Below the pieces are notes generated by a model that worked only from the letters and a program-made list of their open reading frames with translations, made no database searches and was not told the origin of the DNA. Below, piece after piece: positions 43,060 through 51,200 of a stretch of 64,000 nt of DNA (the first letter of the stretch is position 1; each line of letters begins with the position of its first letter). The stretch is from Actinomycetota bacterium (GTDB lineage: Bacteria > Actinomycetota > Actinomycetes > S36-B12 > CAIYMF01). The translations under genes and the position numbers were made by a program. The DNA lies in NCBI GenBank assembly GCA_009697815.1, contig WLRQ01000007.1:158-64157 (forward strand), given 5' to 3'.

Positions 43060-44736
43060 GTGAAGCAGCTCGGTGAGATCCTCCTGACCGGTGGCCTGGT
43101 CTCGCGCACCCAGCTCGAGGAAGCGCTCGCGGAGCAGACTGAGCTCGGCCGCAGTCTCGGCCGCATCCTCGTCGACCGGGGTGTCTTGACCGAGGCCCAG
43201 TTGGTGGCCGCCTTGGCCGCTCAGATCGGCATGCGTTTCGTCGATCTCAGCGATATCCAGGTTGATGGCTCAGCCCTCGCCCGCGTGCCCGGCTACGTGG
43301 CGCGTCGCCACACCGCGATCCCGATCGGGTTCGAGGACGGCAAACTCGTGGTCGCCATGGCCGACCCGGCCAACGTGTTTGCGATCGACGACATCCGGTC
43401 AGTCGCCGGAAACGGGGGCCATCTCGACATCAAGCCGGTGGTTGCCACGCGCAATGACGTCGTTGCCGCGATCGATCGCTACTACCGCGCGGGGGAGGAG
43501 CTCGATGACCTCACCACCGAGCTCGATATGGGGGAGGACGAAGAGGAGCTCTCCAAGGTCAAGGAGATAACGGAGGACGCTCCGATCGTCAGGTACGTCA
43601 ACCTCCTCATCACCCAAGCGATCCAGGACCGGGCGTCGGACATCCACCTCGAACCGACGGAGCACGACCTCAGGGTGCGGTACCGCATCGACGGCGTGCT
43701 CCACGAGGTCATGCGCTCACCCCGCGCCATCCAGTCTGGTGTCATCAGCCGGCTGAAGATCATGGCGGACATCAACATCGCCGAACGTCGCATTCCTCAG
43801 GACGGACGCCTATCCGTGACGGCCCATGGGAAGAAGGTCGACCTGCGTGTAGCGACCCTGCCGACGGTGTGGGGCGAGAAGGTCGTCATGAGAATCCTGG
43901 ACAACTCCACGGCCCGGATGGACCTCGAGGACTTGGGCTTTAGTCCCTACAACTTCGGGATTTTCTCCCAGTCGTACATGAAGCCGTACGGGATGATCCT
44001 GGTGACGGGGCCCACGGGCTCGGGCAAGTCAACCACCCTGTACGCGGCACTCAATGTCGTGAACAAGCCCGAGGTCAACATCATCACCGTGGAGGACCCG
44101 GTCGAGTACCGGCTTCCGGGTGTCAACCAGGTGCAGGTCAACAACAAGGCCGGCCTGAACTTCGCCTCAGCCCTGCGCTCGATCCTGCGGTCCGACCCCG
44201 ACATCGTCCTGATCGGCGAGATCCGCGATCACGAGACCGCCCAGATCGCGATCGAGGCCTCGCTGACCGGTCACCTCGTGCTCTCGACCCTGCACACCAA
44301 CGACGCTCCGAGTGCCATCGTGCGTCTGACCGAAATGGGCATCGAGCCCTTCCTGGTGGGCTCCGCCGTCGACTGTGTCCTGGCCCAAAGACTCGCACGA
44401 CGGTTGTGTCCCAAGTGCAAGGAGCAATACGAGCCTAAGGCTGAACACCTCGAGAGCATCGGGTACAACCCCCGTGACGATGACCCGCTGCCGACTTTCT
44501 TCCGCCCGATCGGCTGTTCGAACTGCTCCAAGACCGGCTACAAGGGCCGCCTGGCCCTTCATGAGGTCATGGCGGTCGATGACTCCATCGAGCGTCTGAC
44601 CGTCGAAAGGGCCTCCTCCACGGTGATCGGGCGTACTGCGGTGGCCAATGGCATGCGACTGCTGCGCGAGGACGGCCTGCGCAAGGCCAGTCAGGGCATC
44701 ACCTCGCTCGATGAGATCTTCCGCGTCGTCACCTGA
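43060..44736 (+). CDS. pilB: Type IV pilus assembly ATPase with MshEN-like N-terminus
   Basis: RASDIHLEP, GPTGSGKST, TVEDPVEY, IGEIRD, TLHTNDA, CPKC/CSNC zinc site; GTG start behind AAGGAG. Confidence 0.95.
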   Translation: MKQLGEILLTGGLVSRTQLEEALAEQTELGRSLGRILVDRGVLTEAQLVAALAAQIGMRFVDLSDIQVDGSALARVPGYVARRHTAIPIGFEDGKLVVAMADPANVFAIDDIRSVAGNGGHLDIKPVVATRNDVVAAIDRYYRAGEELDDLTTELDMGEDEEELSKVKEITEDAPIVRYVNLLITQAIQDRASDIHLEPTEHDLRVRYRIDGVLHEVMRSPRAIQSGVISRLKIMADINIAERRIPQDGRLSVTAHGKKVDLRVATLPTVWGEKVVMRILDNSTARMDLEDLGFSPYNFGIFSQSYMKPYGMILVTGPTGSGKSTTLYAALNVVNKPEVNIITVEDPVEYRLPGVNQVQVNNKAGLNFASALRSILRSDPDIVLIGEIRDHETAQIAIEASLTGHLVLSTLHTNDAPSAIVRLTEMGIEPFLVGSAVDCVLAQRLARRLCPKCKEQYEPKAEHLESIGYNPRDDDPLPTFFRPIGCSNCSKTGYKGRLALHEVMAVDDSIERLTVERASSTVIGRTAVANGMRLLREDGLRKASQGITSLDEIFRVVT

Positions 44737-44761
44737 GCGGGTCGACGCGTGCCCCCAGAGA

Positions 44762-44788
44762 CTCAAGCGAGGCCCCCATCTGGCCGAT
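44762..44788 (+). promoter_or_regulatory. sigma28/FliA-WhiG-like promoter upstream of pilT
   Basis: CTCAAG-N15-GCCGAT, 50 nt before GTG 44838. Confidence 0.7.
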
Positions 44789-44837
44789 GCCAGGGAGGAC
44801 GCCCGTTCGTATCGGGCCCGTAGGACGAGGAGTACCC

Positions 44838-46160
44838 GTGGAGACGACGCAGTACGACGCCGGCATGGCAAGGCCGGGCTACCCGGTGGCCTATCCCGCC
44901 GCGCAGTCTGCGCCCGCATCCTCGGGTGTGTTCCTGCCCGCCCCACCCCCCGCTCCCGTGCCCGCACCACCGGCAGCCGCGGAGATTCCGGAGAGCCCAC
45001 ACTCCAACGTTCCAGCGATGGCATCTGGGCCACTCTCGACAGGCTCCCTGCTCATGAACGGCCGTTCCTCGACCGAGCAAGGCGTCCGTGACGATGACTT
45101 CTCGCTAGGTGACGCGCTGACGGCCATGCTCGAACGGGGCGCTTCCGATCTCCACATCACCGCGGGGGCCCGCCCGATGGTCCGCATCTCCGGGTCTTTG
45201 GTACCGCTGGATGACTTCGCCCTTCTCACGCCGCCGGTGATCCAGCGGGTCATGTACGCGATCATCACGCAGGCCCAGCGCGAGAAGTTCGAGGAGAACC
45301 TCGAACTCGATTTCGCCTACTCGCTGCCCGGACGTGCCCGCTTCCGCGTCAATCTCTACCGGCAGCGCGACTCGGTTGGCGCGGCGTTCCGCGTCATCCC
45401 GTTCGAGATCAAGACCCTTGAGACCTTGGGGATTCCGACCTCAGTATCGAATTTCGCGGCCCTTCCGCGTGGGTTTGTCCTGGTGACCGGCCCGACGGGC
45501 TCGGGAAAGTCGACCACCCTGGCGGCGATAGTCGATCTCGCCAACCGGACTCGGCAAGACCACATCATGACGGTGGAAGACCCAATCGAGTTCCTCCACA
45601 AGCACAAGTCCTGCCTGGTCAACCAGCGTGAGGTGGGCGAGGACACCTGGTCGTTCACCAGTGCCCTCAAGCACGTGCTGCGACAGGATCCAGACATCAT
45701 CCTCGTGGGCGAGATGCGCGACCTGGAAACGATCTCGGTAGCCCTCACCGCCGCCGAGACCGGGCACTTGGTCTTCGCCACGCTTCACACCCAGGACGCT
45801 GCGCAGACCATCGACCGCATCATCGACGTCTTTCCGCCCCACCAGCAGCAGCAGGTTCGGTCCCAGCTGGCGATGGCCCTTCAGGGCGTGGTCTGTCAGA
45901 CCTTGGCCAAGACCGCAGACGGACACGGCCGCGTCGTCGCGACCGAGGTGCTCGTCGTCACACCTGCGGTTCGCAACCTGATCCGTGAAGGCAAGACCCA
46001 CCAGATCTACTCGGTGATGCAGGCCGGCGCGGCACATGGGATGCACACCCTCGACCAGCACCTCGCTGATCTGGTGCGCAGCCGTCAGATCACCTACGAG
46101 GTAGGCATCGAGAAGTGCCATCACGTGGAGGACTTCAACCGGCTCTGTGGCCGGGCCTGA
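44838..46160 (+). CDS. pilT: Type IV pilus retraction ATPase with Pro-rich N-terminal extension
   Basis: ASDLHIT, GPTGSGKSTT, RQDPDIILVGEMRD, TLHT, AVRNLIREGK (PilT-specific); RBS GAGGAG before 44838. Confidence 0.95.
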   Translation: METTQYDAGMARPGYPVAYPAAQSAPASSGVFLPAPPPAPVPAPPAAAEIPESPHSNVPAMASGPLSTGSLLMNGRSSTEQGVRDDDFSLGDALTAMLERGASDLHITAGARPMVRISGSLVPLDDFALLTPPVIQRVMYAIITQAQREKFEENLELDFAYSLPGRARFRVNLYRQRDSVGAAFRVIPFEIKTLETLGIPTSVSNFAALPRGFVLVTGPTGSGKSTTLAAIVDLANRTRQDHIMTVEDPIEFLHKHKSCLVNQREVGEDTWSFTSALKHVLRQDPDIILVGEMRDLETISVALTAAETGHLVFATLHTQDAAQTIDRIIDVFPPHQQQQVRSQLAMALQGVVCQTLAKTADGHGRVVATEVLVVTPAVRNLIREGKTHQIYSVMQAGAAHGMHTLDQHLADLVRSRQITYEVGIEKCHHVEDFNRLCGRA

Positions 46161-46190
46161 GCGACGGCATAGAGAGGACTGGATCAGACC

Positions 46191-47417
46191 ATGGCTTCAA
46201 CCGCCACGTTCGAATACGCCGTTCGCGATCGCGCCGGTCAGATAGTCACCGGCAAGATCGACGCTGAGTCAACGGCGGCGGTCGCTGCCAAGCTCAAGAG
46301 CATGGGGTACGCACCCGTCAAGATCTCGGCGGTTCGCAACACTGGCCTGCAGATGGATCTGAAACTGCCCAAACTTGGTGCGAAGGTCAAGCTCAAGGAA
46401 CTCGCGGTCTTCAGCCGTCAGTTCTCCACAATGATCAATTCAGGCCTGTCCATGCTGCGAGCCCTGTCCATCCTCGAAGAGCAGCAGCCCAACAAGACCT
46501 TTTCCGCGGTTCTCACCGAGATCCGCCTCGAGGTTGAGGCAGGCTCGGCTCTTTCGGTGTCGATGGCCCGCAATCCGGACATTTTCCCGCCTCTGATGGT
46601 GAACATGATCAAGGCCGGCGAGGTCGGGGGATTCCTCGACAAGGTGCTGGTCCAGATAGCGGACAACTACGAGTCCGAGGTCAAACTGCGCGGGAAGGTG
46701 AAATCAGCCATGACCTACCCGGTCGTGGTGCTGGTGATGGCCATCGTCATGACCATCGGCATGCTGCTCTTCATCGTGCCGACGTTCGCCGGGCTGTTCA
46801 CCTCCCTCGGAGGTGAACTCCCGGCCCCTACCCAGATCCTGGTGAACCTCTCAGCCTTTCTCAAGGTCGCCATACTCCCGCTGATCGTGATGGGCGTCGC
46901 TGGCTCGATCGTGTGGCGCCGGGTCAAGCACCGAGACGATGTGCGCAATGTCCTCGATCCGATCAAGCTCAAGGTGCCGATCTTCGGAAACCTGTTCCGC
47001 AAGATCGCCCTGGCTCGGTTCTGCCGCAACCTGGGCACGATGCTGTCCTCGGGGGTACCGATCCTCCAGAGTCTGGACATCGTGGCCGATACGTCCGGGA
47101 ACATGGTGGTGGCCAAGGCTGTGCGTGACGTACAGGAAAGCGTGCGCAGGGGCGAGAGCTTGACCGAGCCGCTGAGCAAGCACGACATCTTCCCGCCGAT
47201 GGTGACCCAGATGCTCGCGGTGGGCGAAGACACCGGCGCCCTCGACACCATGCTCCACAAGATCAGCGACTTCTACGACCAGGAGGTCGAGGCCACGACC
47301 GACCAGCTCACGGCCCTAATCGAGCCGTTGATGATCGCGGTGCTCGGTGGACTCGTAGGCTCGATGATCGTCGCCCTGTACATGCCGATCTTCAAGATCT
47401 TCGACCTGATCAAGTAG
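46191..47417 (+). CDS. pilC: Type IV pilus platform protein (GspF/PilC)
   Basis: FSRQFSTMINSGL, GEVGG.L, AMTYP, GEDTGALD, EPLMI..LG...YMPIF. Confidence 0.95.
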   Translation: MASTATFEYAVRDRAGQIVTGKIDAESTAAVAAKLKSMGYAPVKISAVRNTGLQMDLKLPKLGAKVKLKELAVFSRQFSTMINSGLSMLRALSILEEQQPNKTFSAVLTEIRLEVEAGSALSVSMARNPDIFPPLMVNMIKAGEVGGFLDKVLVQIADNYESEVKLRGKVKSAMTYPVVVLVMAIVMTIGMLLFIVPTFAGLFTSLGGELPAPTQILVNLSAFLKVAILPLIVMGVAGSIVWRRVKHRDDVRNVLDPIKLKVPIFGNLFRKIALARFCRNLGTMLSSGVPILQSLDIVADTSGNMVVAKAVRDVQESVRRGESLTEPLSKHDIFPPMVTQMLAVGEDTGALDTMLHKISDFYDQEVEATTDQLTALIEPLMIAVLGGLVGSMIVALYMPIFKIFDLIK

Positions 47418-47430
47418 GCCAAGACCCTCA

Positions 47431-47463
47431 GCGCCGCCCCGACTCACGTCGGGGCGGCGTTTT
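47431..47463 (+). terminator. Intrinsic terminator after pilC
   Basis: 12-bp stem CGCCGCCCCGAC/GTCGGGGCGGCG, TCAC loop, TTTT tail. Confidence 0.85.
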
Positions 47464-47712
47464 CCATGTCTGTAGCCGTGAGGCAGTCGCGTCGTGCCGC
47501 ACGTGCGAATGCGGAAACTCCTCAAGATTGCCTCAGCGAATCCTCAAGTCAGGCTATTTGAAACTCGACAACACATCTGTCAGCGCCGCGGATCTCCTCG
47601 GCGGCGCCGGTGCGTTCTCGGGTCAGCGGCAACGTTGGCAAAGTCTGCTCTCACGCTGCGACAACCGGTTCTGCTGGGCTTCACCCGAACAGCCGACACC
47701 GACCCGCTCTGA

Positions 47713-47740
47713 TTCAAGAACAGGGCCCGCAAGGGCCGAA
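47713..47740 (+). promoter_or_regulatory. sigma28-like promoter variant upstream of pilA1
   Basis: TTCAAG-N16-GCCGAA, at the same relative position as the motif before pilA2. Confidence 0.55.
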
Positions 47741-47801
47741 CAGACCAATATCGGCGGCGCCACAAGACCCGCCGAGAGCCTCGTCCCGAAAGGACAACGT
47801 C

Positions 47802-48290
47802 ATGCTGGCAAAGTTCCGCAAGTCCACTGAGCGTGCCGACGAGGGCTTCACCCTCATCGAACTGCTCGTCGTGATGATCATCATTGGCATCCTGGCTGCA
47901 ATCGCTATCCCCACGTTCCTCAACCAGCGCAAGAACGGTTGGAACTCCGCGTCCAAGACGGACGTATCGAACATCGCGCTGGCAGCTGAGTCCTCGGCCG
48001 TCGACAAGGCTGGTGACTTCACCCAGGTGTTCACCACCAACGTCGCTGGCACGGCGCTGAGCACGAGCGGAACCCTCGACGCGGGCAACCTCGTGGCGAA
48101 CCTGGAGTTCACGGGAACGCAGAACGTCGACATCGTGCTGGGCACCGTTGCGACGGCAAACACCTACTGCCTCGTCGGTCACAACACCAACCTCGGTGCG
48201 AGCGACGGATGGTGGACCTACAGCAAGGCCAAGGGCGGGCTCCAGCCCACGGTCGCCGTCTCTCTGGTAGCAGCCGAAGCTGCCTGCTGA
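47802..48290 (+). CDS. pilA: Type IVa major pilin, copy 1 (162 aa)
   Basis: Class III signal ...ADEG|FTLIELLVVMIIIGILAAIAIP; Cys pair; RBS AAAGGA. Confidence 0.93.
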   Translation: MLAKFRKSTERADEGFTLIELLVVMIIIGILAAIAIPTFLNQRKNGWNSASKTDVSNIALAAESSAVDKAGDFTQVFTTNVAGTALSTSGTLDAGNLVANLEFTGTQNVDIVLGTVATANTYCLVGHNTNLGASDGWWTYSKAKGGLQPTVAVSLVAAEAAC

Positions 48291-48299
48291 TCTGAGTCG

Positions 48300-48343
48300 G
48301 GATCTTGGGGGCCTGGGACCTTTCGGTCCCGGGCCCCCGATCC
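48300..48343 (+). terminator. Hairpin terminator after pilA1
   Basis: GGGGGCCTGGGACC-TTTC-GGTCCCGGGCCCCC. Confidence 0.7.
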
Positions 48344-48382
48344 AACTGGACGAAAGTGGCAAAAAGAATATGTGGGCAAGCG

Positions 48383-48409
48383 CTCAAGCCCTGTCCGATT
48401 CCCGCCGAT
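48383..48409 (+). promoter_or_regulatory. sigma28/FliA-WhiG-like promoter upstream of pilA2
   Basis: CTCAAG-N15-GCCGAT. Confidence 0.7.
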
Positions 48410-48474
48410 CAGTCAGTTGTTCGGCAGGGCCACCCACGGCTCGCCGAGAACCTCTTAACGAAGGGACGACGGGC

Positions 48475-48963
48475 ATGTTGGCTCGCATCCGTAAGTCGAC
48501 GGAGGGCACCGACGAGGGCTTCACCCTCATCGAGCTCCTTGTCGTGATGATCATCATCGGTATCCTCGCAGCAATCGCCATTCCCACGTTCCTCAACCAG
48601 CGCAAGAACGGTTGGAACTCCGCGTCCAAGACGGACGTGTCGAACTTCGCGCTGTCTGCTGAGTCCTCCGCCGTGGACAAGGGCGGAGACTTCACCAAGG
48701 TCTTCACCACCAACACGGCTGGCACGGCCCTCAGCACGAGTGGCGTCCTCCAGACCGCCAGTCTCGTGGCTGGGTTCGAGTTCACCGGCAGCCAGAACGT
48801 GGACATCACACTCGGCACCGTCTCGACGAGTAACACCTACTGCCTCGTCGGTCACAACACCAACCTCGGCGCGAGTGACGGGTGGTGGACCTACAGCAAG
48901 GCCAAGGGCGGGCTCCAGCCCAACGTGGCCATCTCCCAGGCTGCGGCTCAGGCTGCCTGCTGA
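48475..48963 (+). CDS. pilA: Type IVa major pilin, copy 2 (162 aa)
   Basis: ...TDEG|FTLIELLVVMIIIGILAAIAIP; 137/162 aa identical to copy 1 by manual alignment. Confidence 0.93.
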   Translation: MLARIRKSTEGTDEGFTLIELLVVMIIIGILAAIAIPTFLNQRKNGWNSASKTDVSNFALSAESSAVDKGGDFTKVFTTNTAGTALSTSGVLQTASLVAGFEFTGSQNVDITLGTVSTSNTYCLVGHNTNLGASDGWWTYSKAKGGLQPNVAISQAAAQAAC

Positions 48964-48978
48964 TCTAGCGCGAACACG

Positions 48979-49024
48979 TGGTGTGGGGCTTGGAACCGAG
49001 TGGTTCCGAGCCCCACACCATTTT
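48979..49024 (+). terminator. Intrinsic terminator after pilA2
   Basis: 19-bp stem TGGTGTGGGGCTTGGAACC/GGTTCCGAGCCCCACACCA, GAGT loop, TTTT tail. Confidence 0.85.
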
Positions 49025-49081
49025 CTCGTGCACCACACAACCGCTCTGCTCACCCAAGAGGACCTTGGTAACCCCATTTCG

Positions 49082-49108
49082 CTCAAGGCAGCGCGAATAT
49101 CGTCCGAA
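49082..49108 (+). promoter_or_regulatory. sigma28-like promoter upstream of minor pilin operon
   Basis: CTCAAG-N15-TCCGAA (one mismatch). Confidence 0.6.
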
Positions 49109-49143
49109 GACCGGTAGGGCCACGAGAGCAAAGGAGGCACGCC

Positions 49144-50463
49144 ATGACCATCACTGAGAGCATCAGAGCGCGTGCCCTCCGGCGCGACGACTCAGGCGTG
49201 TCCCTGATTGAAGTCGTGGTCGCGCTTTCCCTACTCATGGTCCTCGGCGTCACGGTCGCCGCGGGTTTGCTCGCAGTCCAACGCTCTGCCATGACCAGCA
49301 AGCAACGCAGCGCCGCCGCCAACCTGGCCACCCGCGAAGTGGAGATCGTCCGCAACTGGTTCCATTCAAGCGACAGCGCACCCCTGGCGGTCATGACCGC
49401 GGGCGATGCCACCAACGCCAGCCCCCTCCCAGGCCAGACCGGTTCACTCGTGGTGGACAACGTCGCGTACACCGTGAAGCGACAGGTCGCGTGGATGATC
49501 GCTGGGGCGGGAGCGAGCGCGTGTGATGGCGGAAGTGTCGTGTCCTACCCGAGCGTGAGCCTTCACGTTGAGGTCACCTGGGCAAACATGGGCGCGGTGC
49601 CGGCCGTCGTCTCTGACACGATCCTCACTCCGCCCAAGAGCGTGCTCAACGCCACCTACGGTTACCTCGCGGTGAAAGTCGTCAACAGCGCGGGTACCCC
49701 CAACGCCGGCCGCATCGTGACCGCCAGCGGCCCATCGGGAAACTTCAGCGACACAACTGGTCCGGACGGATGCGCAACCTTCGTTCTGAGCCTGCCCGGC
49801 ACGTACACCGCGGCCCTCACTGAGGGATCCACTGGTTTCGTTTCCTTCAACGGTTCGTCGAGCCAGACGGCCAGTATCACCACAGGTTCGTTGGTGGTGC
49901 GCACCTTCACCTACGACCTCGGCGAGTCCTTCCGTGTGACGCTCACACCTCCGGGCGGGTATGCACTTCCGGCGAGCTTGCCCGCCACGACCCTGGGCAA
50001 CTCCGGCATCCTGCCGGCAGGGCTGTCCTCCTTCACCTCGACCGCCGGTGGGACCACAGTGATCGGCCCCGTCTGGCCGTTCGCCTCGGGCTACAGCATC
50101 TGGGCGGGCAGTTGCCCCGATTCCGATCCGGCGCTCGATACCGGCAGGCCCACAGCTCTTGTGCCCACCAAGGGCACCACCACGAGCACCACTGCGGCAC
50201 TCCAGGGAATCGCGGTCACGACAACCCGCCTCGGGCTCCGGCAGTCCGCACAGGTTTCGGCCACGTACGCAGGCCCCGGTTCCTGCCCCGCGGGAGACAG
50301 CGTCCTCAACCTCGGGACCTCCAGCTCACTCGGCACGCTGAATACCTCGTTGCCCTACGGGTCATGGACCCTCTCGACGTCCATCGGTGGGCAGAATGTC
50401 AGCGCCCTCGTCGACGTCTCGTCCGCTGGCGTCGTCAGCGCAACCCTGAACGGCACGACATGA
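49144..50463 (+). CDS. Large minor pilin (PilV-like position) with extra C-terminal beta domains
   Basis: DDSG|VSLIEVVVA class III signal; 439 aa. Confidence 0.82.
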   Translation: MTITESIRARALRRDDSGVSLIEVVVALSLLMVLGVTVAAGLLAVQRSAMTSKQRSAAANLATREVEIVRNWFHSSDSAPLAVMTAGDATNASPLPGQTGSLVVDNVAYTVKRQVAWMIAGAGASACDGGSVVSYPSVSLHVEVTWANMGAVPAVVSDTILTPPKSVLNATYGYLAVKVVNSAGTPNAGRIVTASGPSGNFSDTTGPDGCATFVLSLPGTYTAALTEGSTGFVSFNGSSSQTASITTGSLVVRTFTYDLGESFRVTLTPPGGYALPASLPATTLGNSGILPAGLSSFTSTAGGTTVIGPVWPFASGYSIWAGSCPDSDPALDTGRPTALVPTKGTTTSTTAALQGIAVTTTRLGLRQSAQVSATYAGPGSCPAGDSVLNLGTSSSLGTLNTSLPYGSWTLSTSIGGQNVSALVDVSSAGVVSATLNGTT

Positions 50464-51200
50464 TGCGAGCCCTGGCATCGTCGCGCGCGCGCGTCCGTCG
50501 CCTGCGACGTTCTGACGACGGGGTCACCATGCCCGAACTTCTGGTCAGCATCATGGTTCTCGCTCTCCTGATGAGCTGTGTCGTGATGATGGTGACGGCA
50601 GGGCAACGAATATCGCTCGGAACCAAGGAGCGACTCGACCAGACGAATGACGCCACGATCTCCATCGAACGGATCAGCAGGAATCTGCGAACGGCCGTCT
50701 TGCAGAGCCAGCTCACCTCGAGCTGCACGCTCTCGAGTTGCACCGACTCAGCCTTCCTTAAGGGAACACGCACGAGCGTGCAGTTCTACGCGGACGTCGA
50801 CAATCCCAAGAACACGATCGGCCCAAGCCGGGTCACCTATGACGTCACCAACGGTGTCCTCACCGAGACCGTGCAGAAGCCGGATTCGCCGACTCCCGAC
50901 GCGAGCGGCTACCACTACTGCACCTCCGGAGTGGGATGCGTCATCCGCACGACGATCCTCGCCCGAAACGTGCTCACGACATCCGCGTTCTTCAGCTATT
51001 ACACGGCGGCAGATCCCGTGAGCGCCATCACGCTCGCGTCCGGTGTGGATCTCACGTCCTCCCAGCTGAAGTCGGTCGACAGCATCGATGTCTTCGTGCA
51101 GATCCAGGTGCCCGGCGGCGCTAACGTTGCGGGCTCCTCGATGATCCAACGGGTTGCGCTCCCCAATGCCGACAGCGTCGTCCGGACGACGGGAACATGA
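50460..51200 (+). CDS. Minor pilin (PilW-like)
   Basis: SDDG|VTMPELLVSIMV class III signal; ISIERISRNLRTA. Confidence 0.82.
   Translation: MMRALASSRARVRRLRRSDDGVTMPELLVSIMVLALLMSCVVMMVTAGQRISLGTKERLDQTNDATISIERISRNLRTAVLQSQLTSSCTLSSCTDSAFLKGTRTSVQFYADVDNPKNTIGPSRVTYDVTNGVLTETVQKPDSPTPDASGYHYCTSGVGCVIRTTILARNVLTTSAFFSYYTAADPVSAITLASGVDLTSSQLKSVDSIDVFVQIQVPGGANVAGSSMIQRVALPNADSVVRTTGT

Noticed and set aside
47464-47712. c-di-GMP-I/II or ydaO (c-di-AMP) riboswitch upstream of pilA1
   Set aside because: Could not match the conserved cores by eye; an Rfam cmscan would be needed to exclude them fully
47610-47801. Longer N-termini for pilA1 (47610), pilA2 (48370), pilT (44787), pilM (53575) and pilB (42988) in the ORF track
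   Set aside because: They overlap the promoter motifs; downstream starts have good RBSs and give family-typical N-termini
47802-48963. Pilin repeats as a CRISPR array or diversity-generating retroelement template
   Set aside because: Plain gene duplication; differences are not adenine-specific and no reverse transcriptase or cas gene is present
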